DNA of 64,000 nt from Octopus sinensis (Eukaryota), in the NCBI RefSeq assembly GCF_006345805.1, contig NC_043003.1, positions 74,152,001-74,216,000 on the forward strand, in the 5' to 3' direction. The notes beneath the pieces were generated by a model that was given only the letters and a program-made list of their open reading frames with translations, ran no database searches and was not told where the DNA came from. Numbering within the stretch: position 1 is the first letter of the stretch; every line of letters starts with the position of its first letter. The position numbers and the translations under genes are program-made. Shown here one piece after another: positions 1 through 12,165 of the stretch.

Positions 1-789
1 AAACCATCAGATAAGTAGTTCCTTTTATACAGCTTTACTCATATTGTATACATTTCATAAATATACGAAAAGGGTGATTAGATAATTAATTACGACATGT
101 AATGCCTATTTTTGCCTATCACTTATTGACCTATTATTTATAAAAATATACTGAAAGAAAAAACCCTATAAACCATCAATTATTCTGACATGCAAGTACC
201 AACTACCTATGTACTTAAAAATCTTTGTCGAATGTAGGATTGGCGATTAAGAATTTGAAATAACAAATAGCTCCTTATTTGGTAATTCGGAACGTACATA
301 CAAATAGATTTTTAACAAGGTTTATGTAGAGATGTATATTAGATTTCACAGAGAGGAAATCTAATTAAATATTAGGTATATTAGAACCCACGTCCTATTA
401 GTCTTTTAGTCTAGATTCAAATAAGCGTGATTAGAAAAAACATATATATAAATCCCCTGAAATGATATCAAAGTATTTTAAACGTCTTTTTATTTTTGGT
501 TTCCTTGAGATATTACATACTGAGGAATACAAGGATTACGATGATCTATTTATGAATATCTGGGTCCATTTGTATGAAACAGTTTTAGAGGAATATGAAA
601 AATAAAAACTAAAATCTATTTTAAAATCCAGTCTCCTTCATTTCATAAAGATTAATAAACTGATGATTTTAATACAAGCTTTCATAGTCATACGACTTGT
701 AAAAGAAAAATTCGAAAGCAAAGTATGAAGAAAAGACTTTAGAAATCTAAGGAAAAAATACCAATTAAAGGTCGAACATACATTCATCC

Positions 790-1068
<279 letters not shown>

Positions 1069-1126
1069 CAAAGGTACTAAGGATGTTTGTGTGTAACTGA
1101 AATATCTCATTTATGTTTATACTTAC

Positions 1127-1216
1127 CTTTGGCAGTGCAGTGCAAATTTTTGTGACATTTAGACCTGTATTTAAACGATTAAACAAATTTTTTGTTGTTT
1201 CTTGACGAAAAAACAT
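1127..1216 (-). CDS. Candidate first coding exon of an unidentified host gene (MFFRQETTKNLFNRLNTGLNVTKICTALPK)
   Basis: ATG at 1216-1214, 30 open codons, consensus donor AG|GTAAGT at 1127/1126; TGACGT and CGGAAG motifs immediately upstream. No homology recognised and no downstream exon confirmed. Confidence 0.3.
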
Positions 1217-1872
1217 GGCTTCCGTGACGTCTACACGCGTACAGTAATATTTCAATCATTTAGAAATATTTTTAGCAGAATGTGATTTTATCATCCGGTG
1301 TTTGTTAATTTCCGTAGAAAATCTTTATTTATTTATTATTCTTTTAAAGCGAAAGATAGGAGAAAGTGAAAGATGTATATACGTGTATATATAATGGAAG
1401 CGTGTATGTTAGAGAGAGAGAGAGTGAGGGGGAAATAGAGTGAAAGAGAGAGAGTGAGAAAGAGAAGGAGAGAAAAGAGAGAGAGAAAGAGATAATGAGA
1501 GGGAATGAGCGTGTTCTCATGTCTACGTACATGGATCAATACATATGCGTACATTTTTTGGTATGACGTTGCCAGATGTGAAAGATAGAGCGAAAGATAG
1601 AGCGAAAGAGAGAGAAAATGAGTTAGTGAACGTGTGTCTTCTCATGTATGTATAAGTAGTTCTCTCTCTCTCTCTCACTTGTTCTCTCTCTCTCACACAC
1701 ACACATACACACCTCCATTGCATATACAGGTTCATACATCTTTCATTTTCTCCTCTCTCTCACTTTAAAACCAAAGTAACAGGTGATTTTGCGGATAAAA
1801 ATTGTTAAACAAAATCCTCCATACATGTAAATTGATTACTTTAGTTTGAATAGTTCCAAATAAATTAGTCCA

Positions 1873-2021
1873 GGCGCAGGAGAGGGTGTGTGGTAAGAAG
1901 CTGGCTCCCAAACCAAATGGTTCCGGGTTCAGTCCCTTGGGCATATGTCTACTAATTTAGTCACGGCATGCCCAAAGCCTTGTGAGTGGATTTGGTAGAT
2001 GGAAACTTAAGTAAGCCCGTC

Positions 2022-2059
<38 letters not shown>

Positions 2060-2250
2060 GTGTCTCAGTTTCTAGCCACGCCATCACTTGACAACCGATG
2101 TTGGTGTGCTTACGTTCCCGTTACTTAGTGGTTTCGCAAAAGAGACCGATAGAAAAGTACTAGGCTTTCGAAGATTATGTTCTGGAGTCATTATGTTCGA
2201 GTAAGGGTGGTGCTCCAGCATAGCCGCAATCAAATGACTGAAATAATTAA
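1873..2250 (+). mobile_element. Octopus-type tRNA-derived SINE, near full length, with internal (AT)n
   Basis: Head GGCGCAGGAG..TGGTAAGAAG..GGTTCAGTCC, core CCAAAGCCTTGTGAGTGGATTTGGTAG, tail GGTGCTCCAGCA..CAAATGACTGAAA; the same motifs recur many times in the window. Confidence 0.85.
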
Positions 2251-2340
2251 ATGAAACGAATACAATAATGCATAAGTACCATGAATCCACATTCTACAAA
2301 TGGTAATCAATTCCATGAATACTTTACCGGGTATATATAT

Positions 2341-2386
<46 letters not shown>

Positions 2387-2449
2387 ATATATATATAATA
2401 TATATAGGGCGGGGTGTTGTCAATTCAGATAAACAAACAATTCAGTATT

Positions 2450-5400
2450 TAAAAATTATCAAGTACATGTAAAACCGATCGTTACGACGTACACAAGAAA
2501 TGTATTAGGTTGATGCTCAGTGAAAGCTGAGAGTTTGATATTTCGAGCATAGCTCTTCGTCGGATAGAAGAAAAGGGAAAAGTACAAAGGTCTAGAAAAG
2601 CACTCCTACGGCACACGTTTAGTTACAATGCTGAAGTAACCGGAAATACAGAGATATAGACAGTGATTTTGGGGGATAGAAGAGTGTGAGGATAGTCAGA
2701 ATGTGTGTGTGTGCGGTAGCATGCGTGTGTATGGACAGTCACTACGTGCGTGTGCGTTTGGTAGAAACTATGTGCGTGTCCATGAAGGTTTGTTTTTGTG
2801 TCGTATCCATGGGCGCCAAGACCAGGCAATGGCGGCGGCAGCCGTAAGAAGTGTGTGAGTGGGTAGATATAGTTTTACGTGTGTATGTGAATTTGCATGT
2901 GGGCGTATGACAGGGTCGGAATGTGTATGCGAGTGTATGTGCGTATGGGTGTGCGTGAGGATGTGTGTATATGTGAGGTGAGTTCGCTTGGAAATATACG
3001 TGCATGTATGTGTGTCCCTCTGTGTGTGTGTGGCGTTATATGTGCGTCTGTGTGTGTATTCATGTGTGTGTGTTCGCGTATTTGTGTTTGTGCGTTTATG
3101 TGTGAGTGAGAGGAAGAGAGGGTGTGTTTGAGTGTGTGTGTGTGTACGTTGATTCAGTGAAGCGTGTAGGTTTTTGTGTAACCACAATGCAGCAAGAATA
3201 AAAAACAAGTAGGTAAATAAGGCAAAACATAATTAAAGATTAAAAATTATAAAATGATAAATCAAAAAAAAAAAATAATAGAGAGATAAATATAACAAAA
3301 ATTTAAATTAAGAATTAAAATTAAAATTGTAATTTTAAAATATCAAAATTAAATATTAAATAATAGATAATAAAAAAAGTAAAAACTTAAAAACTCAAAA
3401 AGGAATAATATATAGATAAATAAAGCAAAAATTAAAATGAAAACTTAAAACATGAAGAAAGAAAATAATAAAACACAAGAATATAATAAATAAAATTTAA
3501 AAAATATATAAAAGTAATAAAACAAATGAAAAACGAAAAAAACAAAAGAAACTAAAAAAATATTATTTAATAAAGAAATTGAATAAATTAACTTCCAAAA
3601 TTTTCTGTTTTTAAAGTTGTGTGGAGGATGTCACTGAAAGAACATTTTCAGTCCGAAAATGATGGGCGACAGGGAGTTTCTGCTTATATGTTCCGTGAAC
3701 CGGTCGGTAAGCGATCGTCCCGTCTGACAGATATAAATTTGGTTGCGTAGATTGCTCTTGTTACAGTAAATAAGCTTGGAAGAAGTGCAGGAGAAGGAGT
3801 TCCGGATGTAGAGAGCGTGCCATGTAGGTCATGGGAAGGAGGTGGCGTTGGATAACGGACATGTGTGGCATCGGGAGCTGAAGCAATGGAAGGACGCGTG
3901 TTCGGTGGGAATGGAAGAGAAAATGGTGCTATGGACCAGTTGATATCGCACTTTTCGGTTGTGGCTGAAGGATGGTAAGGCTGGGTTGGGTTAAATATGG
4001 AGGATGGTGGCATCTAGTTGAATATGACGGAAGGCCCGTAGGATCTTCCAACAAAGGGCTAAGGTGGATTGGTAGAAAAGGTGGGGAACGAGGATGCGGT
4101 TGGAGGGCCGCTGTGGGATAGCAGATAGGGCAGTGGTGCGATCAATTTGACGAGCGCGGGTAAGGGCAGTTTGGACAAGGGTGGATGGGTATCACCGACT
4201 CGTGTACAGCAGGGCCATGTATTGATACTTAGTCACCATATCCTGGTCCACGCTGCATAGGTATCAGATTTGTAGGAACTAAGAGTAGGAGATGGCCCAT
4301 TTGGTGTGAGAAGATTAAGAGTCAATGGATTTAAAGAAGGCGGAGGTAGTGAGAGAGTAGGTTAGGGATCATTGGAGTGAGATAATAGGGGTGAATTTCA
4401 AGGAGAAGGGTGGAAGTTAGAAACAAAAGAGATGAAGATGGAGAGCTGTTCGCGGGAGCGACAGATAGCACTAATGCAGTCGTCTATATAGCAACCGTAT
4501 AGATGTTGGTCGGCCCGGAGAACTGCGGGAAGATTTGAACCTAATCGTAACCGACAAATTACTTTGCAAAGTTGCGGTCCGCACTCGTTCCCATGGCGAC
4601 GTCAGATAACTGCTAGTATATCTCTTCGGCGAACGTAATGCAATTGAGTGTGAGGAAGAGTTCTGCTAAACGGAGAAGTATGGAGGTGCTATGTGTGGGT
4701 TGGGCGTGGCGGTATTAGATGGGTAATAGGCATCCTTGTGGAGGATCATAGTCTACAGGCATCTTATATCCATGGTCAACAGGAAACGTGAATAGCCGAG
4801 AGGGAAGGAAAAAACTGGAGGTGAAGAGTATGTTTGGTATCATGTATATGAGGGGGAGGACAGCGGTTAAAGGGGAAAGGATGAGGTCGATATATTTGAA
4901 AAAGAGTTAAGTGGGGCATTTATAGTCAGAAACTACTGGGCGTCTGGGGTTGCTGAGTTTGTGAATTTTGGGAAGGAAGTTGATGCTAGAGGTATGGGGC
5001 ATTCGGAGTATGAGTTAGGTGGCAGTATGGGTGGGAAGAGAGACTAGACGAGATCGTTGATTGTGGAGGACAGGCGCTGCAGGTAGGAGGAGGTGGTGTC
5101 AGAAGGTAGGAGACGATAGAATGCGGATCTTCAAAGCTGTCGGAGCGCTTCCTATCTGTACAGGTCAACGCGCTACAACTCAACAGCCTCACGGTTATCA
5201 GCCGGCTTGATGATATCGTTCCAGCACAGGCTGACAGATTTATCTAGGGTAATTTTGGTCTGGCAGGATCATTTTCCAAAATTGAATCGGCCAACCAGCA
5301 TGTTTCAGGTGTGCACGAATAAGTCCAGACTGCTCACTGGCCTGGAAGCGGCGTCCAGTTGGATAGACGGCGATCCGGCTTAAGGAAACAATGCCGATTG

Positions 5401-6090
5401 TTGTGACGTTATGCAGGAACTGACTGATGTTAGTGCAGGTCCCAAGTTCATCGCAGTGAGAAATGAGAGGTATAAAGCGGAAGGCCTTACTGAGGAGCGA
5501 ACATTCGGCAGCGGAAAGAAGGTTGAGTGGTATGGTGTTCACAGTGCGTAGGAGCTTGAGGGCGGGGGCGTGGTGTTGCAGAGATTTGATGAAGGTGAAG
5601 AAATAAGTTGGATGGAGAGGTTGGGACAGTGAAGGTGTTAGTTAGTTAGTTAGTTAGTTAATTTTTGGCTCAAAAGCAAATAGCAAGGCCATGTAGGGGG
5701 ACATGGAGTTAAGTACAGGGTGGTGTTCATGTAAAGAGTTCACGCCACTTGAGGTCAAGGGAGACTTTGAACAAAGCGGTCGTCGGCAACTTCACCATCT
5801 CGTCTGGCAGCTTGTTCCACGGATCCGCAACCCGGACGGAGAAAGCTCCTCTCCTTTGATTGAGATGAAATCGTCGCAGGTAGAGCTTTTATAGAGGGAT
5901 GCAGGCATTGAAAAGGGAAATCAGAAAGGAATCGGGCGAGAAGGAAAAGCATTTGGTGGAGAAAGGATTGAAGGTGAGGCACGCTGAGAAGTTGTAATTG
6001 TCGGTGTAGGTGTGGAGGATGGAGGTGTGATAAGGAGGAAAAAATGAATGAGAGTGGAAGGAGATCTGAAGTAGAGTGAAGTGAAGTAAA
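2450..6090 (-). mobile_element. Degraded near full-length Penelope-like retroelement (Neptune-type RT + GIY-YIG), interrupted by a CR1 fragment
   Basis: Minus-strand remnants: N-terminal LSAAECSLLSKAFRFIP (ORF 5240-5542); RT motifs VAMGT and YIDD (4479-4490); GIY-YIG SFSCTSSKLIYC..IYICQTGRSLTDRFTEH (~3690-3810); then T-rich and CA-rich 3' tracts. Many stops and frameshifts. Confidence 0.85.
5641..5893 (-). mobile_element. CR1-clade LINE 3' end with (CTAA)n tail, nested in the PLE
   Basis: Minus translation KLYLRRFHLNQRRGAFSVRVADPWNKLPDEMVKLPTTALFKVSLDLKW matches the CR1 ORF2 C-terminus; GTTA repeats at 5641-5660. Confidence 0.85.
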
Positions 6091-6222
6091 CAGACCAACA
6101 TCGGTTGTGAAGAGCTGGTGGGGGGGGGAAACAGAGACACACAAACATATACATATATTTCAAGGCGGTGCTCCAGAATGGCTGCAGTCAACTGACTGAA
6201 ACAAGTAGAAGAGTAAAATAAA
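6087..6222. mobile_element. SINE fragment with inverted internal part joined to a forward 3' end
   Basis: 6087-6160 is the reverse complement of the SINE middle (compare 2060-2120); 6160-6222 is the forward SINE tail. Confidence 0.7.
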
Positions 6223-6225
6223 ATA

Positions 6226-6767
6226 CAGGGTTATTCAAAAAGAACGAACTGAAGGCATTACGCAATATTTTAATGAGGACAAACAACAGAAAACTCCAGC
6301 TAAGTCACAAGTATTTATTCACAATCTTCCTGCCTTGCAAGGGTTCAGTGTGGCCACCACCTGCAGCGCGGGCAACGTCAATGCGATAAGAGAATTCCTC
6401 CCAGACGCGTATCAGCATATTACAATCCACTTGCTAATTCTTTGGCTATCTGGTTGAATGCTTTATCGAAGTTTTTTCCATTTCTTTTCTATGTCAATAT
6501 CTTCTGGAATCACTTCAAGCAAAGCAAATTTATTCTTTAGTTCTATAATGAACTTGCTTTTGATATGCTGATACGCGTCTGGGAGGAATTCTTTTATCGC
6601 AGCGATGTTGATTGCGCGGCAGGTGGTGGCCACATTGAATACATGTAAGACAAGAAAGAAAAGTTGATTGTGACTAAATACTTCTGACTTAGCTGGAGTT
6701 TTCTCGAGCTTTTCATTATATGAAATACTCTGTAATGAAATCTGTTCATTCTTTTTAAATGACCCTG
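6226..6767. mobile_element. Tc1/mariner-derived MITE with ~195-bp inverted arms and TA target duplication
   Basis: TA|CAGGGTTATTCAAAAAGAACGAAC ... GTTCATTCTTTTTAAATGACCCTG|TA; the arms carry a transposase C-terminal remnant (MLIRVWEEFFYR..GGHIEYM*). Confidence 0.85.
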
Positions 6768-6768
6768 T

Positions 6769-6769
<1 letters not shown>

Positions 6770-6846
<77 letters not shown>

Positions 6847-6870
6847 TATATATATTATATATATATATAT
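6770..6870. repeat. (AT)n microsatellite
   Basis: TA run. Confidence 0.95.
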
Positions 6871-7030
6871 ACGACAAGCTGCTTTCATCTCCGTGTACAA
6901 GTCCACACACAGCGCTTTGGTCGCCCCGAGACTATAGCAAAAGACACTTGTCCAAGGTGCCACGCAGTGGATCTGAACCCGGAAGCATATAGATGATAAG
7001 CAAGCTACTTACCACATAGCCACTCCTGCA
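6871..7030 (-). mobile_element. SINE 5' half
   Basis: Reverse complement TGCAGGAGTGGCTATGTGGTAAGTAGCTTGC..CCGGGTTCAGATCCACTGCGTGGCACCTTGGACAAGTGTC. Confidence 0.8.
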
Positions 7031-7039
7031 TCTTTATAG

Positions 7040-8510
7040 AAGGAAAACAGTTGTTTTACGTTTCGCGCAAAAGAACATAGGGAGGTCCAAAAAAAGATAA
7101 TAAAGGGAAGAGGGAGTAAAAATCGGAAACTGCCCTCGTGTAGTTACCTTTTTGAAATGATAAGAAGTAGAAGGATAAAGAGGAACTGATTTCCGGGAGA
7201 GGAACATGTGAAGAAGGGCTGGTATCTGTATGCATGTGAGTGTGCATGTTTGTGTATATGTGTGTGTAGGGTTGTGTGTGTAGATGTATGTGTGCGTGTG
7301 TGTCTGTATGTGCGTGTGTGTGTTCGTGCGTGTTTGTGTCCTGATCTGTGCAGTGTCTTTGGTGTGTGTGATATGGGGTGTGTATGTGATGCGTGTGTGG
7401 TGCGTGGCGTGTGTGTGGGTGTCTGGTGTGTTTGGTTTGTGTGTGTAGTGTGAGTGGTGTGTGCGACGTGTGTATTTTGTGCGTATGGTGTGCGTGTGTG
7501 GTGTTTGTGTGATGCTTGTGAGGTGTGTGGGGGTGCCTGGTGTATGTGGTACGTGATGTGTGTGGTTTGTGGCATGAGATTATAAAATTTAAAAATTATT
7601 ATAAACAATAGTAAAAAAAATAATAACAAATTATAAACAATAAATTAAAAAATTCTAAAATACATACATAAGGGAAATGAGATTATGTGAACAAATCAGT
7701 AACATAAATAAATAGATATATAAATAAATAAATATTAAAATAAATTAAAAAATATGATGATAAAAAAATTTTAGAATTCAAAAGATATGACTGAAATAGT
7801 AATAGAAATAGATAAAAACATAAAAACAATAAAAATTGTAATAAACCTATAATAAATAACCGAATAAATGAATAATCGAAATAATAGAAATGAATAACAA
7901 AAAGAAAGATAGGGTACAAAGATTTTTAAGAAGGTTGTAGGAACAGTCATTGAGAGGAGGGGGTTGTGTTGAGTCCGAAAGAAGTTTATGTGTAGAGTGA
8001 ATATGTACTGCTGTTCAAGGCACATTTGGTGAGTCCATTGTGTACGGCAAGGGCGAAGACGGTGATATTTGAGGTGGGGTGATTGGCCAAGCGAAAATGA
8101 CAGGCGACAGGTGTGTTCGTACGAAGACGAACATCTCGTAGGTGTTAGGTGAACTGGTTGAGCAACCGGCGGCCTGTGTGACCTACAGAAATTTGTTGCA
8201 GTGATTACACCCGTTGCAGTAAAAAGGCTGGAAGAAGTGCAGGTGAAGGACTTCCTAATATAGAGCGTGTACTGGTTGGTATCCACGACGCATAAAGAAG
8301 CCTGCCAGGTGCTGGGACTGGGTCTCGAAATCTTGGTCCTGGCTATGCAGGCGTCAGATGCAGTGGAACTGGTAGAAGGGGATGGCTCGTTTGGTGTGGG
8401 AGGAATGGGAGGAGGTAAAGGTGAGTCAGAGTTGGGAGTTTGTGAGTTTGAAGAAGGCGGGGATGGTGAGAGAATGGGGGAGGAGATCAATGGAGAGGGA
8501 AAGTTAGATA
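7040..8510 (-). mobile_element. 5'-truncated Neptune-type PLE (GIY-YIG + 3' tail)
   Basis: ORF 7771-8490 contains LYIRKSFTCTSSSL, homologous to the 3690-3810 copy; followed by the same T-rich then CA-rich 3' tracts. Confidence 0.75.
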
Positions 8511-9113
8511 AATAGAAGCATATGTATATGTGTGTGTGATATATGTATATAATTATGTGAATCTATGTAAATATACACACATGCGTTTACCTTATATTTG
8601 TATATATATATACACGCATACGTACACACGTACACACACATACACACACTCATGCACATATATGGATATTGTATTTGTGCATAGAGATGTTGCGATGAAA
8701 TTCAGTTAAATACTTTTTGAGTTACAGGAATTTAGTATTCAAATTCTTTTTATCTTTATTCTAATAAATGTACTTGATCAAGCTTTGCCTCTATGTGTAA
8801 TGAAAGATCTGATCATTTTAGATTGAAGACATATAAGTCAAATATAAATTTAAAGCTTCACATTGCAACATTACCCATTAGCACCTTCCATGATGTCAAA
8901 AAGATCAGCAAAGTCACACGATTGAAACAGACAACCGTCACTCATGGTTATTGCATCACGGCAATCTATAAGCTAACGGTAAACTACAGCTAGAAGATCG
9001 TTATATTTCTGACGAAAATGTTCTATAGTAGAAATATATGTATATAATAGCCAATGTCGTGTTGTTCCCATATAGTCGCTGGGCTAAATCCCCAAAGAGC
9101 CTTATTTATTGAG

Positions 9114-9605
9114 TTGGTTGCACCCGTTTGCAACTTTAGTTTGATGGTACCACATTGTTCCTGGGTCTATGGGGATGACATTTTCACTTATCATTCGCGC
9201 AACCTGTCAGGGAATTAGGACAACAGCTTTTTATAAGTAAAGGAATGAAAGTCAATATACTGTGAAAAAACATTAAAAAATGGGCGGGTTTTTTTTCAGA
9301 CAAATTGGTGAGATTTTCCCTTTTTGGGTAATGAAAGATGAAAGATTCACCATGGGTATGGTAAAGAGGTATATTTCCTTCATTTCAGTACATCTAGGGC
9401 GTTAATAGAAAAATATTTCCAATGGTTACCTGTGTATCACATATTTCCACTTTTATAGCCTCGAGACTCGCATTTACTTATAAAAACTGTTGTCTTAATT
9501 ACCTGACAGGTTGTACAAATGACAACAATTGAAAATGTCATCCCCATAGACCCAGGAACAATGTGGTACCATCAAAATAAAGTTGCAGGCGGGGGAGGCA
9601 ACCAA
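9114..9605. mobile_element. Unclassified MITE with ~130-bp terminal inverted repeats
   Basis: Left arm TTGGTTGC..GATGGTACCACATTGTTCCTGGGTCTATGGGGATGACATTTTCA..; exact reverse complement of the core at 9532-9573; TSD not resolved. Confidence 0.8.
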
Positions 9606-11084
9606 AGTGCACATTTCTGGAATTGGTCCACCGACTAATAATTATTACTGCTGTCATGGTTGGGTTGTTGCTAATACCACTATTTGCATGACAATCGTAA
9701 TTGTGATGTTTATATTAGAATCAGTTTAGTTATGGATCTTTCTCTGCAACAAGCATCAATTTATATTTTCTTTGCCATACTTCGTTACCGTGGCATAGTT
9801 TTTGGTTTTTCTTATTGATTGTAGCGTTCTAAATTGCAACACATTTTTGTTGTTTTTAATTTTTAAACATTTTTTTGCATAATTGTATAGTACTGGAGTT
9901 AGGTATTTTCTCATTCTTAGCTTTTCTTTTAGGAACGAATCACGTGAAGTAAGAATTGATGTGGTGTTAGATAGCATTTCCAGATACCTAACACTCACCT
10001 TAGTTCACCACAGAATTTCTACGATATCATGAGAATTTGGGCACCCGCAGTATTGAATTATATATAATGGACATATCTATTTGAATAGTTTTGTTTTTGA
10101 GCGTCTTTGAAAGTTCGAATGTTGGAAATTAGTTTGTAAATTACCAGAGGGAACAAGTGTTATAAAAGTTCATAGCATATTTAATGTATACAGAAAGTGT
10201 TTCTTTACAAGTGCTTACGAAATATAATTTTCGAAGTTTCCGAATTAAATGTGTATGTGAATTTAGCAATATGCCTTAGAATACCCGATGTTTAAAATAT
10301 TTCTTTATCGGTTATTAAATTTATTTAATGTTTGTGTTACACTGTTGAATTGGTTTATTATAGTCCGTTGTTGCGTGTATCACATAATCAAGTCATTTAG
10401 CTTCCTGGTTTTATTTCGAAGATGGTGACAGTAATTACTCTTGTGGCCGTGTTGAACTGAAGGCTGTATTAGAAATTTAATCTTCTGGCGTAGAATGAAA
10501 CACTTGACCTCGCTTATAATTTTGAAGTTTAGCAGAAGAATTATTAATAATTCTACTAAAAAGGGATCGCGAAAGTTCAAGGTGAGCTTTTCTCGTTAGA
10601 AGGTGCAGAAAATACACATTTCCTCTTAACAACGTAGAAGTAAATTATAACTGAAATATAATAAAAAATAATGCATCAATGATTAGATCGGATGTCGGCT
10701 AATTCTCATTATATAACACTAGAATATAGTTGGTTAAACAATAATGGAGACAAGAAGCGGAGATAAATATAGCATCAGGTATACATCGACATTAAATGTC
10801 TTTACAAGAACAGAGTATGCATCTCGGTTACCAGTAAAACAAAACATGTTTTGCTGTATAGGGAATGAATAATATATACACGTGAGTGGATATTTTATGT
10901 GGCTGTGATTATTGGGCAGTAAAAGACCAATTCGGCTTCATCAAGTGGTTCCAACTGAATAAATCATATGAAGAATCTTTCTATCTTCATTCTGTTATAA
11001 GACAGGAATATTGCTGCCGTCCTGTCTGTTGTGCTTATTACCTTCAAGGAAGTACGAATAAAAATGTCGAGGGAAAATTAAGTA

Positions 11085-12165
11085 TTAGGCCGTCAAGTAT
11101 GAAATATGTAGAAAAGACAATTCTTGCTAATATTTTTTTGAAGACAAAGAAGAGTTTTATTCCTCAAAGTATGCACCTATAGTGTCTATACACTCACTGC
11201 TATTTTAGCGATAATGTGTCCAGCCCGGAACTGTAAAAGCATGGCAATCTAGAGTCAATAATATGTCGGAAGACCTGTTTTATAGCATCGTCGGAATTAA
11301 TTTTTTCCCCCCCACAATGTTATCCAAATTCTCAAAGAAGTGGTAGTCAGTAGGGGCAAGATTAGGTGGATGATGGAGAACTTGCAACTCCAACACCTGT
11401 CCTTTCACCATTGCCATTTTTGAAGTGTGTGGTCTGGCGTTGTTTTGCAATAAAATACGAGTGGATCTGTTGACTAATCTAGGCTTCTAAATTTACGGTT
11501 GTTTTATTAGATCCATTTCTCATCACCTGTTACGATTCGATTAGAAAATGATTCATTTTGTGATGTGAAAGTAGCATAATACAGGCTTCCAAACGGTGCT
11601 GTCTCTGATTTTCATTGAGTTCATGTGAAACCCACGTATCCAAGTTTTTCACTTTACCGATTTAAACTTGATGACTCAATACCGGTTTCATGCTAACACT
11701 AAACAACAACGTTAATCCACGGGCACTTTGAGATGTATCTGATTCGACGGTGGCATTCAGTTCGTCATTATCCACGTTTGTTTCTGGTTGATCGCATTGC
11801 TCATTTGTGTGCTCAAAGTTAACAGAACAAAATTTTGCAAACAAATCTGATACTATCTGCTGTGTAATAACATTAGGTTGAATTACTCCAATAATATTCC
11901 GAGTAGCCTGTGATGCTGTATTTCCAAGAAAGAACTCTTATTTCAAAACTGTAGGAATTTCCGACTTCCCCATTCTCTAAACAAAATAGCAAAAAAAAAA
12001 AAAAAGGATTTATAAATACCTTATGAAGTGCAAAATGAGTTCGAATAAAGAAATAGATGTGTAAGCTTTGTAACAAAAAGTAAAGATTGTCAAAATATAA
12101 TAATGGCGCAAATTGAGCAGCCGTCAAATTTTACCATATGCCTAATTACATCCTTGACGACCTAA
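11085..12165 (-). mobile_element. Degraded mariner transposon with both TIRs and TA TSD
   Basis: TIRs TTAGGCCGTCAAGTATGAAAT / TTAGGTCGTCAAGGATGTAAT; transposase remnants WVSHEL, RIVTGDEKWI, HHPPNLAPTDYHFF, CIDTIGAYFEE*; internal deletion near 11400-11460. Confidence 0.9.

Noticed and set aside
659-716. CTGATGA..GAAA hammerhead-like spacing
   Set aside because: Stem II is plausible but there is no stem I pairing; likely chance in AT-rich DNA
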